64,000 nt of DNA from Candidatus Binatia bacterium (GCA_963666315.2 CAXXHG010000021.1:164869-228868), one strand, 5' to 3'; shown: positions 1 through 10,818, numbered from the stretch's first letter. Numbers and translations are program-made. The notes: generated by a model from the letters alone, not told the origin.

Positions 1-4
1 GATC

Positions 5-862
5 GTGGCCCACGATAAGATTCAAGAAATCGTGGATGCGGCGAATCGTGGCGATTCGATTCTTGTCACTGGCATTGTCATTGGTAAGGACATTCCTGAA
101 AAGAAGTCAACGATCATTCAAGTTGAACCAACGGTTGTCGGACGCATCATTGGGCAAACCGGATCAGCGGCAGGCGGCCAAGAACAAAAGCCGTTGTTCG
201 AAACAGAACAGGAGAAAGATATCGCTCTTACAACTCTGGAAGTCTTCAAAGAGTTTGAGCGTCTCTCCCGCTCCTCTGATCTTACATCACCAGAAGTACA
301 GCGGAAAATTGTCGAGAAAGTACACGCCGTAATTACGCCCGCTCAGAGAAAATTGGTAGGTATAGCGCAACCGCCGCCTGACGTTCCAGCGGTTGTGGAG
401 AAAACAACAAATACATACGTAAAACTATCCATTGATGTGCCCCGCGTTGTTGTTGTCCCGACCGGTGAAGTTACGTGTGGTGTCCAGGACTTCGCCCTCG
501 ACACCAGTGGCATCCATCTACAGCCAGTGCCGCACGATATCCTTATACAGATGCTTCGTGACAATCAGCGCTAGCGGTTAAGTCCCGTGAACGTCGCAGC
601 AGAGGAGAGACTTGAGAACTATCTCGTTCGAGGGCTGATTGATTTCGATGACATCAGCTACGACGAGCATGCGAAATTGCTCTACAAGTTAACCGGCCAA
701 ATGGTTGCCCATTTACAATCACATCTCTCTAATGGAGACGACGTACTCAATGTCCTACAAGCCGACAGTCAGCATTTGGTACGTATCGTCTACACGCAAA
801 TGCAAGAGCATTCCCAACAAGCTCTTTGCGGGCCACAAACCCAGCAGCGACGTCTTGAATAG
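5..862 (+). pseudogene. Type III restriction enzyme Res subunit (helicase) fragment; runs off the window start, in-frame TAG at 572-574, truncated before the nuclease domain
   Basis: ORFs 5..574 and 587..862 share a frame across one TAG. VAHDKIQEIVDAANR, IDVPRVVVVPTGEV and LENYLVRGLIDFDDISYDEHA resemble type III Res C-terminal regions. Confidence 0.7.
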
Positions 863-1010
863 CTGTGCCGACTGATTTGAAGAGGGTGATCTCGTCCAGG
901 CCTGACCGGTCTTGGGCGCGACCAACAACGTGAATAATCAGTAGTATTTGCACCCGCTCACTTCTGTCGTTACGCAGCCTTTCTTCTCGTAATGCTTGAG
1001 AGAGGTCCCA
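810..1010 (-). pseudogene. C-terminal remnant of an ornithine cyclodeaminase/mu-crystallin family gene
   Basis: DEITLFKSVGTAIQDVAA (843-896) is the characteristic OCD/CRYM C-terminal motif; the rest of the gene is absent. Confidence 0.7.
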
Positions 1011-1039
1011 TGTTGCTTGGAGATTCATCCAGAGCTTAG

Positions 1040-1462
1040 CCGACGGACACTGCACTTCGGTGATACCCCATCGCAAACTATGCAGCCGCAGGTACAGATT
1101 GAGTTAGTGTCGCCCTCTCAGGCATATTCCCACATTGAGAGACCGGAGGCGAAAAAGAGGCAGCTGAGGCCGGTTTCGGAGAGAACGCCCGTAGGCAAGC
1201 AAGAGCCTCAAGTCTATAGCCAGGCTGAGGTGGAGCTGTACACCACCAGTTGCTGCCATTACTGTAAAAAGGCGCGCGCGTTTTTTAACGGGCGTGGCGT
1301 TCTTTTTCTGAATATAACATTGAAATCGACGCAGAGGCGGCCGTTCGTAAACAAGAGATCGATGGCCGTCCCGGGGTTCCGCTTGCCCTGGTGAATGGTC
1401 AAGCGATTCATGGGTTCTTGCCCCAGTTGTATGAGCAAGCCTTGCAGGCCGGATTGCCATGA
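1040..1462 (+). pseudogene. Glutaredoxin-like protein with a DUF4124-like N-terminal stub, frameshifted
   Basis: TLHFGDTP, then VELYTTSCCHYCKKARAFF. After a frameshift in the T-run near 1300-1308 it continues EYNIEIDAEAAVRKQEIDGRPGVPLALVNGQAIHGF to TGA at 1462. Confidence 0.7.
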
Positions 1463-1684
1463 ATTACCAAAGCCGATCCACTCTGCCTGGATTTCCTCTC
1501 ATCTAAATTGCCACCGGATGAACGCCGCAGTCGGTTGATTCGTAAGTGTCGTAAGCGACTGTCTCTGCTGCGCTGTGTCTACGACACGCCTTCTGCCTTA
1601 ACAATCCGCTCCCCCTGGGTCCCTGCCCATGCTAGGCTGATTGCATCTTTCTAGGCATTGCCAGGCATTACGAGGAACCGCAAC

Positions 1685-2332
1685 GTGAAATTTCAGGCTG
1701 TTATTTTCGATTGTGATGGTGTGCTTGTTGACAGTGAAACCCTGGCCAGCCGGGTGCTTGTCGAGTACGTTGACGAGCTGGGCCTGACACTTTCGCTTGA
1801 AGAGGTCCTGGCCCTGTTCAAAGGCCGCAAGATGGCCGAGTGTGTAGCCGACGTTGAACAACGGCTCGGACGGGCTGTGCCGGCCAGCTTTGTCCCAAAT
1901 TTTCGTGTGCGCTGTGCCAAAGCGTTTCAAACTCATCTCAAGCCGATACCTGGAGTCGAAACCGTGCTGCGTATGTTGTCCGTGCCGTTCTGTGTGGCTT
2001 CCAGTGGGCCGCGGGAGAAGATGGAGCTGACGCTCAGTATCACTGGGCTGCGAGCCTATTTTGAAAACCGAATTTTCAGTGCCTACGAAGTCGGAAGTTG
2101 GAAACCCGATCCTGGTTTATTTCTGCATGCCGCACAAGCGCTGAAGGCACCGCCACGAGCGTGTGCCGTAGTTGAAGATAGCCTACCCGGGGTGCAGGCC
2201 GGCGTTGCCGCAGGGATGACGGTATTCGGTTATGCAGCAGGCGCTGACGCCGCGCCCCTTATTGCAGCCGGCGCGTCTGTCTTTCATGAGATGGACCAAC
2301 TCTTGGAGCTGCTCACCACAGACGCGCAGTAG
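1685..2332 (+). CDS. HAD-superfamily hydrolase (YieH/beta-PGM-like)
   Basis: DCDGVLVDSE motif I, KPDPGLF, VVEDS; GAGGA before GTG at 1685. Confidence 0.9.
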   Translation: MKFQAVIFDCDGVLVDSETLASRVLVEYVDELGLTLSLEEVLALFKGRKMAECVADVEQRLGRAVPASFVPNFRVRCAKAFQTHLKPIPGVETVLRMLSVPFCVASSGPREKMELTLSITGLRAYFENRIFSAYEVGSWKPDPGLFLHAAQALKAPPRACAVVEDSLPGVQAGVAAGMTVFGYAAGADAAPLIAAGASVFHEMDQLLELLTTDAQ

Positions 2333-2333
2333 T

Positions 2334-2371
2334 CAGGAGGAGTGATGACCATCCTGGCATCATTCCTCCTG
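2334..2371 (+). terminator. Strong hairpin downstream of the HAD gene
   Basis: caggaggagtgatg pairs with catcattcctcctg; no U-tract; tcctggcatca also occurs twice as a direct repeat. Confidence 0.4.
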
Positions 2372-2565
2372 GCATCAGACCAGCTGATCTTCCGCCGATG
2401 GCAGTGCCGGGTTAATTGACTCCTTGGAGCAAGGCATCTCTTGCTGAGTCTTCCTTCTCGGTGCGAACACTTCTATGGTAAAATAAGTGGGCGGACTCTT
2501 GAAAACTGTGAAAAACTTACCCGCAGCAGAGCCGTCTGAAAGCCGAGCAACAGCGGAGGCAGATC

Positions 2566-3417
2566 ATGGGGCAAGCCAATCTTGGACATTGGGTGATCGG
2601 TATTGAAGGTCTTGCTTTGCTTCGCCACTGGCTCACCGGAGCAGGAGAAAACGTTGCAGACCGCCTCCGAGAGATTACGCGATTTATCAACGTGCCTGGT
2701 GCCGCACCTCTCTCTATCCTCTTCGACGTGCCGGAAAAGGACTGCCGGGATGGGTACGCGGCCTGGTCTGCGACCTACGATTATATCCCCAACCCGCTGA
2801 TTCAGATTGAAGAGCCGCTGCTGCGCTCTCTCATTGACCAACTCCCTATCGGGAAAGCCCTAGATGCCGGCTGTGGGACGGGGCGGCACGCGGCCTATCT
2901 CGCCTCACGTGGCTATGAAGTCATAGGCGTGGATGCGAGCCCCGAGATGTTGGCTCATGCTCGGACAAAACTACCGGGAGCAAATTTTCGGATAGGCGAT
3001 GTTGCCTCTTTTCCTCTGACGGATGGCAGTATTGACCTGGCCGTGTGTGCCTTAACCCTGGTGCATTTCGCCGATCTTGAGCCACCTATACGAGAACTGG
3101 CCCGCGTTGTCCGGTCCGGTGGTCGGATTCTTTTGTCGGACCAGCATCCTTTTATGGCGGCCCTGGGCGGTGCGGCATTTTATGTGAGCGGGGATGGCAG
3201 TTTTGGTTATATCACAGGCTATTTTCATCTCCACACTGACTACTTTGCCGCATTCAAAAAAGCGGGTCTGGTCGTCCAACAATGTCTCGAACCGTCTTAC
3301 GGACCGGCAGAAATTGATATCTTAGCAGACAGTGTCAAAGAGATTGCGGGTGCAGCATTTCAGACCGCACTCAATGGGATTCCCAGCGCGTTGATCTGGG
3401 AGCTCTCGAAAGAGTAA
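2566..3417 (+). CDS. Class I SAM-dependent methyltransferase
   Basis: LDAGCGTG motif I, GVDASPEML; GGAGG RBS. Confidence 0.9.
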   Translation: MGQANLGHWVIGIEGLALLRHWLTGAGENVADRLREITRFINVPGAAPLSILFDVPEKDCRDGYAAWSATYDYIPNPLIQIEEPLLRSLIDQLPIGKALDAGCGTGRHAAYLASRGYEVIGVDASPEMLAHARTKLPGANFRIGDVASFPLTDGSIDLAVCALTLVHFADLEPPIRELARVVRSGGRILLSDQHPFMAALGGAAFYVSGDGSFGYITGYFHLHTDYFAAFKKAGLVVQQCLEPSYGPAEIDILADSVKEIAGAAFQTALNGIPSALIWELSKE

Positions 3418-3422
3418 CCAAC

Positions 3423-4595
3423 GTGAACGCTGAACGCAGTGGACTGATCAAAGCCCGTGAACGTATTGAACGTCTGCCGACCTCGAAGATCCGAGAGATT
3501 GCCAATACCAGTCTGGGCCTCGAAGGGCTGATCCCGCTGTGGTTTGGGGAGTCGGATCTGCCCACGCCGGATTTCATTAAAAAGGCCGGAGCAGACGCTC
3601 TGATGCAGGGCTGTACCTTTTACACCCACAACCGAGGGATTCCTGAACTTCGCTTAGTCTTGGCCGAGTATCTGACTCGTTTACACGCTCGCCCGGTGGA
3701 CGTTGACCGGATCACGGTAACAGCGTCAGGCTGTGCTGCGATTAATCTCATCCAACAAGTCCTGACTGATCCTGGATCGAATACCGTCGTGGTCGGTCCC
3801 CTGTGGCCGAACCTTATTGAGACGGTACACATCATGGGCGGCGAGACCCGGATTGTGCCCCTGACCTTTGGCGCGCATGCGTGGACGCTCGACCTGGATC
3901 GGCTCTTCGACCAAGTCGACGCTAAGACCAGTGCGATTCTTATCAACTCACCCAGTAACCCCACAGGCTGGGTGATGGACCGAGACCGTCAGTACGCCGT
4001 GCTCGACTTTTGTCGTAAGCGTGGGGTGTGGCTGATTTCCGATGAGGTCTATCACCGCCTGGTGTATGCTCAGCCGCTGGCACCGTCTTTGCTGGATCTT
4101 GCTGAACCTGAGGACAAGGTGATTGTGATCAACAGCTTCTCCAAGACCTGGGCCATGTCGGGCTGGCGCTTGGGTTGGATTACGGCCCCGCCGCCACTGG
4201 GAGATATTTTTGAGAAGGTCATTGAGTTTCACTATTCGTGTCCCGCCCATTTTAGTCAGCTGGCCGGGATTTCTGCAGTGACGGAGGGCGAGGACTTCGT
4301 GCGTGCTTCCGTCCGGCGCTACCGGGCTGCACGTGATCTGAGCGTCGAGCGGCTGGGTTCTCTGCCGCGTGTCCAGCTCCACAGTCCGCCGGGTACGTTT
4401 TATCTATTCTTCGCAGTGAACGGCATGAAGGATAGTGTTGCAACCTGCCAGCGTTTAGTTGCCGAGACACGCGTCGGCCTCGCCCCAGGCGCGGCGTTCG
4501 GCGCAGCCGGTGAGGGGTTTCTTCGCTTGTGTTTCGCTAACAGTCTGGAAACGCTGAATACGGCGTTAGACCGGCTATTGCCGCTGCTGGATTGA
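3423..4595 (+). CDS. PLP-dependent class I/II aminotransferase
   Basis: NSPSNPTG, SDEVY, SFSKTWAMSGWRLG (PLP lysine). Confidence 0.92.
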   Translation: MNAERSGLIKARERIERLPTSKIREIANTSLGLEGLIPLWFGESDLPTPDFIKKAGADALMQGCTFYTHNRGIPELRLVLAEYLTRLHARPVDVDRITVTASGCAAINLIQQVLTDPGSNTVVVGPLWPNLIETVHIMGGETRIVPLTFGAHAWTLDLDRLFDQVDAKTSAILINSPSNPTGWVMDRDRQYAVLDFCRKRGVWLISDEVYHRLVYAQPLAPSLLDLAEPEDKVIVINSFSKTWAMSGWRLGWITAPPPLGDIFEKVIEFHYSCPAHFSQLAGISAVTEGEDFVRASVRRYRAARDLSVERLGSLPRVQLHSPPGTFYLFFAVNGMKDSVATCQRLVAETRVGLAPGAAFGAAGEGFLRLCFANSLETLNTALDRLLPLLD

Positions 4596-4688
4596 TTCTT
4601 TCGCACCGGGCCAGCCTTTTGCGCCCCTCTTTACTTGCCGTTTGCGGGCCACATAGAGTGGCCGCATCTTATTTCGTGGGAGGCTGGT

Positions 4689-5297
4689 ATGAAGATCTAT
4701 GACGCCGAGACCGCGCCGAATCCGCGTCGCGTGCGGATCTTTATTGCGGAAAAGGGTATCGAAGTAGCGTACGAACAAGTGGACATCATGAACGCCGTGA
4801 ATCGCGGGGAAGAATTCCGGAAAAAGAATCCCATGGGCACCCTGCCGGTGCTCGAACTCGATGACGGAACCTGTATTGCGGAAAGCGGTGCTATCTGCCG
4901 CTATTTTGAAGAGCTGCATCCGGACCCGCCACTGATGGGTGTGGATGCCCAGGATAAAGCGGTTGTAGAGATGTGGCACCGTCGCATTGAATTTGAGCTA
5001 TTCCAACCGACCACGTTTGCTTTTCAGCAACAGCACGCATTCTTTAAGGGCCGGGTCACTCAGGTCCCGGAGTTTGCCGCAGTGTCGAAACAGAAAGCCG
5101 AAAAGAGCTTGGCTTGGTTGGATGGGGTTCTGGCTGATCAGCCTTTTATTGCCGGCGAGCGCTATACGGTGGCCGATATTGTTGCGCTGTGCGCGGTTGA
5201 TTTTGGGCGGGTATCGAAGATTAAAATACAGCCGGATCAGAAAAACCTGGCGCGCTGGCACGAAGAAGTTTCGGCTCGACCCAGCGCCAAGGCGTAA
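4689..5297 (+). CDS. Glutathione S-transferase
   Basis: APNPRRVRIF, NPMGTLPVLELDDG, ESGAICRY, YTVADI; GGAGG RBS before ATG at 4689. Confidence 0.92.
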   Translation: MKIYDAETAPNPRRVRIFIAEKGIEVAYEQVDIMNAVNRGEEFRKKNPMGTLPVLELDDGTCIAESGAICRYFEELHPDPPLMGVDAQDKAVVEMWHRRIEFELFQPTTFAFQQQHAFFKGRVTQVPEFAAVSKQKAEKSLAWLDGVLADQPFIAGERYTVADIVALCAVDFGRVSKIKIQPDQKNLARWHEEVSARPSAKA

Positions 5298-5356
5298 AGG
5301 AGCGCAAGAGTCAGCCCCATCCCACGATCCTATCGTACTTTTAACGATAGCAATGC

Positions 5357-6595
5357 CTACGCCTGCCGCACTCGCGGCCCGGTCTCTTTGAGAAATAGAA
5401 AGAGAACGGCCGACAGCATATAACAGCCGCCCCAGAAGAAAAAACCCGCGGCTGGAGTGATATCAATCAGCCACATGCCGATGATGGGCGCGAGCACGCC
5501 ACCCAGATAACCCGCAGTGATAGCAATGCCGACGGCAGAGCCGGCCAGGCGGGGGCCAATGCCGTCCATTTCCAGCGGCACAACAAAGGCCAGCGGCGCG
5601 GCTCCGGCGGCAAAGCCCCACACCAGAGCGGTAATCCACAGCGGTGTCCCCAGGGCATAGGCAGCCACCAGCATGCATGCGCCGGCTATGAACATGCCGG
5701 GGAAGTAGAAGGTCTTTCGTAGTCCCACTCGGTCTGAGAGTGAGGGAAGGACCAGCGCGCCGACCACGAACGCCCACAGAATGAGCGAAAGAATAAAACC
5801 AGCCTCTGCCTGGGTCATACCCTGGACGTCAGCAAAATAGGTCGGCGCATAGCCGATGATACCAATATAGCCACCCAGGAACAGCATGTGGCACACGGAG
5901 AGCATCCAGATATCACGGATTTGGAGAACCTGACGAATAGCCGCCAGCGTGCCCAATTGTTCAGTTTGACCTACAGTTGACTCTTCGGCTGCGGACTTCA
6001 GTGGCTCAGGCGTCCTATCTCGCACTGTCAGAAACCACAGCACGCCAATCGCGATAGTGGCAAAGCCTAAGAGATAGGTGAGGTTGCGCCAACCGCCGAC
6101 CGGTTCTAGCACCAAAGGGGTGAGCACAGCGGACAGGGCCCCGCCAACGCCGTAGCCGGCCTGGACTGCGCCATTGGCCAAGCCGAATTCTTCAGGGGCA
6201 AACCACATGCCCAGTGCTTTAGGAACGTTTGGAAAGGTCAGGGCCAGGGCCATGCCGAAGAGAAACATCCAGGCATACATTGAGCCAAAACTCGTTGCTG
6301 TGGCTCGCATCAGCAGGGTGGCGCCCATCAGCACGACGCCCAGACCGACGATCTTTTGGACACCGTAACGATCGCCCAGGGCCCCGCCGACCATGGCAAA
6401 GACCAGCGTGCCAAGGGAGATGGCCGACCAGAGGGTGGCCCAGCTGGACAGATCTAATTCCAGGTCGGCAAGCACCTGGGCAACGACCATGACCATATAC
6501 GTCCAGCCAAAGCCAAAGGCGACGGTGAAGACCAGGACGCCATTCGCAAGAACGAGCCAACGATAGCTGCTTTTTGCCGCGCGTATGTCTGACAT
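5357..6595 (-). CDS. MFS transporter
   Basis: About 12 hydrophobic segments; GALGDRYG and LSDRVG MFS loop motifs. Confidence 0.9.
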   Translation of the reverse strand: MSDIRAAKSSYRWLVLANGVLVFTVAFGFGWTYMVMVVAQVLADLELDLSSWATLWSAISLGTLVFAMVGGALGDRYGVQKIVGLGVVLMGATLLMRATATSFGSMYAWMFLFGMALALTFPNVPKALGMWFAPEEFGLANGAVQAGYGVGGALSAVLTPLVLEPVGGWRNLTYLLGFATIAIGVLWFLTVRDRTPEPLKSAAEESTVGQTEQLGTLAAIRQVLQIRDIWMLSVCHMLFLGGYIGIIGYAPTYFADVQGMTQAEAGFILSLILWAFVVGALVLPSLSDRVGLRKTFYFPGMFIAGACMLVAAYALGTPLWITALVWGFAAGAAPLAFVVPLEMDGIGPRLAGSAVGIAITAGYLGGVLAPIIGMWLIDITPAAGFFFWGGCYMLSAVLFLFLKETGPRVRQA

Positions 6596-6657
6596 ACGCG
6601 CAGCCTGCCATACGCGGCTACCGTGGTCTATGGTCCGGTTGCCGCGTCCGTGCCCGT

Positions 6658-7047
6658 AATGGCAAAGTTCTGGAGACTCTGGACCCAGACGATAGTGGTA
6701 TTCACACCCGGTTCGGGGAAGTCGGCAATCACGAACTCGCCGCTCAATCCCTCGGCAAACTCTACGCCCAAAGTGGTGACCGTAAACGTGGTACTGGCGA
6801 ATTCTACGCCGTCTGCCAGCACGCTAATGGTGTGCTCACCGTCGGTTAAGAGGTTCCAGTTGAGCAACGGGGAAAAGCCGTTGTTTTGATCCCCGCAGGT
6901 GCCTTCCGTATCTGCCCGCCCGGCACCGTAGGCGGCTTGGAGCGTGATTGTGTCGTCAATGACGATTTCGATGCTGACGGCATCACACACCCAGCCGCTG
7001 ATGACGCCGACCCCACTGTGGGCTGTGCCTAGACCGGGATTTTCGAG
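6658..7047 (-). repeat. LENP...GWxC protein module, copy 2 (~130 aa)
   Basis: LENPGLG-SGWVC-GAGRADTEGTCG-NGFSPLLNWNLLTDGEHT-EFAEGLSG-FPEPG-WVQSLQNFAI. Confidence 0.8.
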
Positions 7048-7098
7048 CCGCTGGGGGCCGCTGCCACTTGTCCCCCCAGTACCTGTACCCGCCGGCCC

Positions 7099-7491
7099 GA
7101 TGATGAACGCCTGCAGGCCTTGCTCCCAGTGGATGAGGGTCGTCACGTCCGGCTCGGGGAAGTCGGCCAAAGGGCATTCTCCGCTTAAGCCGGTCACAAA
7201 CTCTTCGTCGCTAATGGCGGCCACGGTAAAGGTCACCCGGGCGAATTCCATGCCATTCACGCGGGCGCTCAGGGTATGCGTTCCTTCGCCCAGCAGGGTC
7301 CAGTTGATGAGCAGACCAAAGCCCGTGTCGCTGTGGCCACAGGCGGACTGCGTATCGGTCCGGCTCGTGCCGTGGATGGCCTCCAAAACGAAGAGGTCGT
7401 CAATGACAATATCAATGCGCCCGGCTTGACACGTCCAGCCGCCAATAATGCCGATGCCGGCCTGGATGGAACCCGGCTGCGGGTTCTCGAG
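7099..7491 (-). repeat. LENP...GWxC protein module, copy 1 (~131 aa)
   Basis: LENPQPG-GWTC-GTSRTDTQSACG-GFGLLINWTLLGEGTHT-EFVTGLSG-FPEP-WEQGLQAFII. Confidence 0.8.
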
Positions 7492-9549
7492 GTTTGCGGC
7501 CCCGATAGCCGAGGTCGCGCTCAAGACAGCAACGAAAATCTCTGAGTTGCCGCCTGCATTGTTTCCGGTCAGGTTGGTGCCATCCGCCGCAACGGCGAAG
7601 AGTTCTTGCGCGGTGTCCGCCCGCCCGCCCAGCGGCGCGGTCGACGTAAAAACGATGACGCTGCCGTCTCCATTGATCGTTAAGCCCTGTAGGTTTAGGA
7701 GGGCACCGCTAGCGGCGACAAAGGGGCCGTTAGTTCCGGTGCTGGTGAAGGTCAGCTGACGCAAATTCGTTCCGTCAAAATTGACGCTAAAGAGTTCCAC
7801 ATTGCCGTCGGCATTCGTGCCGAGCAGATCGGCATTCGAGGTAAAGACAATGGTACTGCCGTCATCACTCAAGACCGGGAAAGCACTGCCCGTGGTTGCG
7901 TCTGCAGAGTCCGTGAGCTGGCTGATGGTTGGGGGAGCTGTCGACAGATCGGCCGCAAAGATCTCAAACGAACCATCCGGATTCGAGCCGACTGGGTCAG
8001 CGCTAGAGACAAAGGCCAGCCGCTTGCCGTCGCCGCTCAGGGACGGGGTGAAATTTTCATCGGTCCACGCCGTCACCAGGTTATCGCTGGTATCCGAAAC
8101 CTGGTTTATGATTAAAGGCGCTGCCACTGCCGGTATTGTCAGACTCCAGCTCGTAATACAGGCCCGGCATAATGCACATATCGTCACTCGATTTAAAGCC
8201 GAACACGAGGTTTGCAGGCACGCACTTGCCGGTGCCAAAACCCGCGCAGTCCACATCTTCGCTGCACGCCAGGGTGGGCTGGAGCGGCGTGCCAGGTGCT
8301 ACGCCTGCTTCTACTTCGCAGCCTAACTTGACGTCACGATTGACCCCGTTGTCGTGGTGGCAGGTGTAGACTAAGCGTTATCCCGGCTCCAGGATGAGGG
8401 CGGGGTCAAAACTGAGCTGCCCCGGATCGGCATAGTCGGTATTCACATACAGGTGCCGATTGCCTTCCGGGTCAACGGGCTCGTCGGCCGGATTTTTATC
8501 ACTACCGTCATCGCCAACATAATCAATCGTGAACAGGGTGCCCCGCCTATGCATATGTGAGGTCAGCCCAATCAGGGCCACTCGCGTGCTCGGAGACCAG
8601 TTCCAGCCGACGGTTTTAGTGGAGAACGGCGGCACATCGATCAAGGAGTTTGCCACAACGTCAAACAGATTCTTGGCTTCGTGTTCGACTTGGTCTGCGG
8701 GTACGATGTAGAAGTTCACTAAGACTTCGCCTTCCGTGTCTCCGTAGTAGTTGATGTAATGCACGTTCAGCAGCAGACCCTGGCGCGGCTGCAGTTTGAG
8801 CGCAATCCCGTCCTGGTACGCCACCTGGACGGTGGGCACTGCCGCGCCGGCAATTAACGCTTTCCGGAAGCTATCGTCCGGCCCTTCATCGGTACAGCCA
8901 ACATCTTCGACGAACTCCGGCGGAAACGCCTCGCCCGAATCTTGATCCACACAATTCGGCGTCCCGTCTCCGTCATCATCCCGCTCACACGCATCGCCGT
9001 TGTACGGATAGACTATGAAATGGTGACTGCCCGGGCGCATCGAGATGTCATAACCAGAAACGTAAATTTGGTCCGTGTTGGGCAGACGCACAAACTGGCA
9101 GCCTTCGAGTTCCGCCGCATCTCCTATCGAGAAGGCCGGGATAGACACTTGAGTTCCCCCGCCGGCCGGTGGTGGAGCGAGAGGTTGAATCAGGGTTGTT
9201 CCCCAGCGAAATCTCCACCGCCCCCGTCAGCGCATTCCACTACCCCCTCTTCCGGGGCACCGGCGAGGATCCAATCCCCGATTAAATCGACTAAATCTGG
9301 ACGCAGGGCAACAGCCCCTGCGTCCCCAGCGGCATGGCCGCCCCTTCTCCCGCCTCCAGTAAGGCATTGATTTTGTGCCACAGAAAACTATTGTCCAGAT
9401 CGCCCGGCGCAACGAGCAGCTTGCCTGCGGCACTGGTGGTGGGGTTGGCCGGGGTAATGCCCACCAAGTTGTGGTAGGCATCGTCCTCAAGAGACAGGCC
9501 CCCGGCTTGGAACGAGCCATGGCAGGACTGACTTTCCGAGCAGTGCAAG

Positions 9550-9579
9550 CTGCGGGCATCTGCAGGCATCTACAGGCAT
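9550..9579. repeat. 3 x 10-bp tandem repeat at the broken 5' end of the monooxygenase gene
   Basis: ctgcgggcat ctgcaggcat ctacaggcat. Confidence 0.7.
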
Positions 9580-9668
9580 GCGGTGGTGTTTCTCTCTGGC
9601 ATGATTATCTCGGGTTTGGTATGGTCCACACTTCGGTGAGGAGAGGCTCGCATCAAGAAGGGGGACGT

Positions 9669-10784
9669 ATGCATACGCCTAGACTGGGTTGGTATTTTTT
9701 GATTGGGTGCTGTGCGGTTGGAATCACGATGCTGGGCTGCACCTCTAGCGAACAGCAGCAGACCTCATCCAAACAGGTCGAGCAGCAGGCTGAGCAGGAG
9801 AAGCCCGCGGCTGGGGTGGAAGCTGAATCTGCTGAAGCTGTGCCTGTTGCGACTGCTATACCTCCGCTTGAGCCAACGGACTACTACGATGTCATAGACC
9901 CGGACCTGAATTGTGAGGATGCGAATCGCTTCTCGGTCCGCACTGTCGAGCGTTTAGGCTATGAGGTAACTTCCTTCACGCCGGCTGTAGAGGACACCGA
10001 GGGCCGGATAGAGGCCAAGCAAATCGGCCGGTGGGGAGGGGAAGAGCAGGTGTCCGTCGTTATCGCATGCGGTCCGAAAGGCACCCGTATGAGGCCGCGC
10101 TCGAATGTTCTCCCGTGTGACCAAGCCAACATAGTCATGCGTCAAGCGCTACGGAGTAGTGGTTTTACGATCACCTCGGATACTCCGGCAACGTTAGCTA
10201 GTGCCGGGATGATTACAGGTGAAAAGGAAGGCGCGAAACCCACCTCTGTTTCGATTACCTGCCATATCGACCGGAACCGTGTTGTGATGGAGATCAGTCA
10301 GGATAGTCCGCTTGTTGACAATGTCGACTTCTATAAGGCGCTGTCCGATTTCCAACTCGGATTTTATACTGCATTTAACACGGCGGAGGGGCGGATAGCC
10401 CGCAACCCGGCGGATGAGGGTCGGTTGTATGTCAGTGTACGTCTGATGAATCTGGTTGATACCCAAATCGTGTTTGGGGCGAAGGATCTTAGGGTCCTGC
10501 CGCTCAAGGTCAATATCGCAAATCCGACCGACCTCACGTATGTGCTGGAAACAGAAAAAATTGTCTTGCTAGAGGAATCCTCAGGAAAACGCATCAAACC
10601 CCTCAGTGCTGAGGAAGCGTCCCTGCCTACCCCCCCGCTGACCGATCGGCCGGTTGGTCCGGGGGCGAGTATTCAAGGCTATTTATACTATCCGCCCGGA
10701 ACGTATACGGGCGCCCGCGGGTCCATGGCGGAACGGCAGAGTCAGGAACGGGAAGGGTTTAGCGTCGAGTTCAAACCCTGGTAA
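9669..10784 (+). CDS. Lipoprotein of unknown function with two internal Cys-bracketed repeats
   Basis: Lipobox MLGC after a hydrophobic stretch; GGGG RBS; CEDANR...GYEVTSFTPA...IAC vs CDQANI...GFTITSDTPA...ITC. Confidence 0.8.
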   Translation: MHTPRLGWYFLIGCCAVGITMLGCTSSEQQQTSSKQVEQQAEQEKPAAGVEAESAEAVPVATAIPPLEPTDYYDVIDPDLNCEDANRFSVRTVERLGYEVTSFTPAVEDTEGRIEAKQIGRWGGEEQVSVVIACGPKGTRMRPRSNVLPCDQANIVMRQALRSSGFTITSDTPATLASAGMITGEKEGAKPTSVSITCHIDRNRVVMEISQDSPLVDNVDFYKALSDFQLGFYTAFNTAEGRIARNPADEGRLYVSVRLMNLVDTQIVFGAKDLRVLPLKVNIANPTDLTYVLETEKIVLLEESSGKRIKPLSAEEASLPTPPLTDRPVGPGASIQGYLYYPPGTYTGARGSMAERQSQEREGFSVEFKPW

Positions 10785-10818
10785 GCTGGAGAGTCACACA
10801 GAGAATGGAGGGCGCTTC

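Larger units (their letters stand above)
6628..9569 (-). pseudogene. Disrupted multidomain secreted protein: cytochrome c-like domain + copper type II (PHM/DBM-like) monooxygenase + TolB-like propeller + two LENP modules
   Basis: CSESQSCH...MPLG...WILAGAP; MRPGSHHFIVY and TSHMHRRG; reading through TAA at 8378 gives RLVYTCHHDN...DDMCIMPG; SLSGDGKRLAFVS-type repeats. Frameshifts near 9310, 9190 and 8110; 5' end missing. Fusion to the propeller part is inferred. Confidence 0.7.

Noticed and set aside
9190-9192. TGA in the cytochrome/monooxygenase gene as a possible Sec codon
   Set aside because: No Cys-motif context and no SECIS hairpin; homology resumes in another frame.
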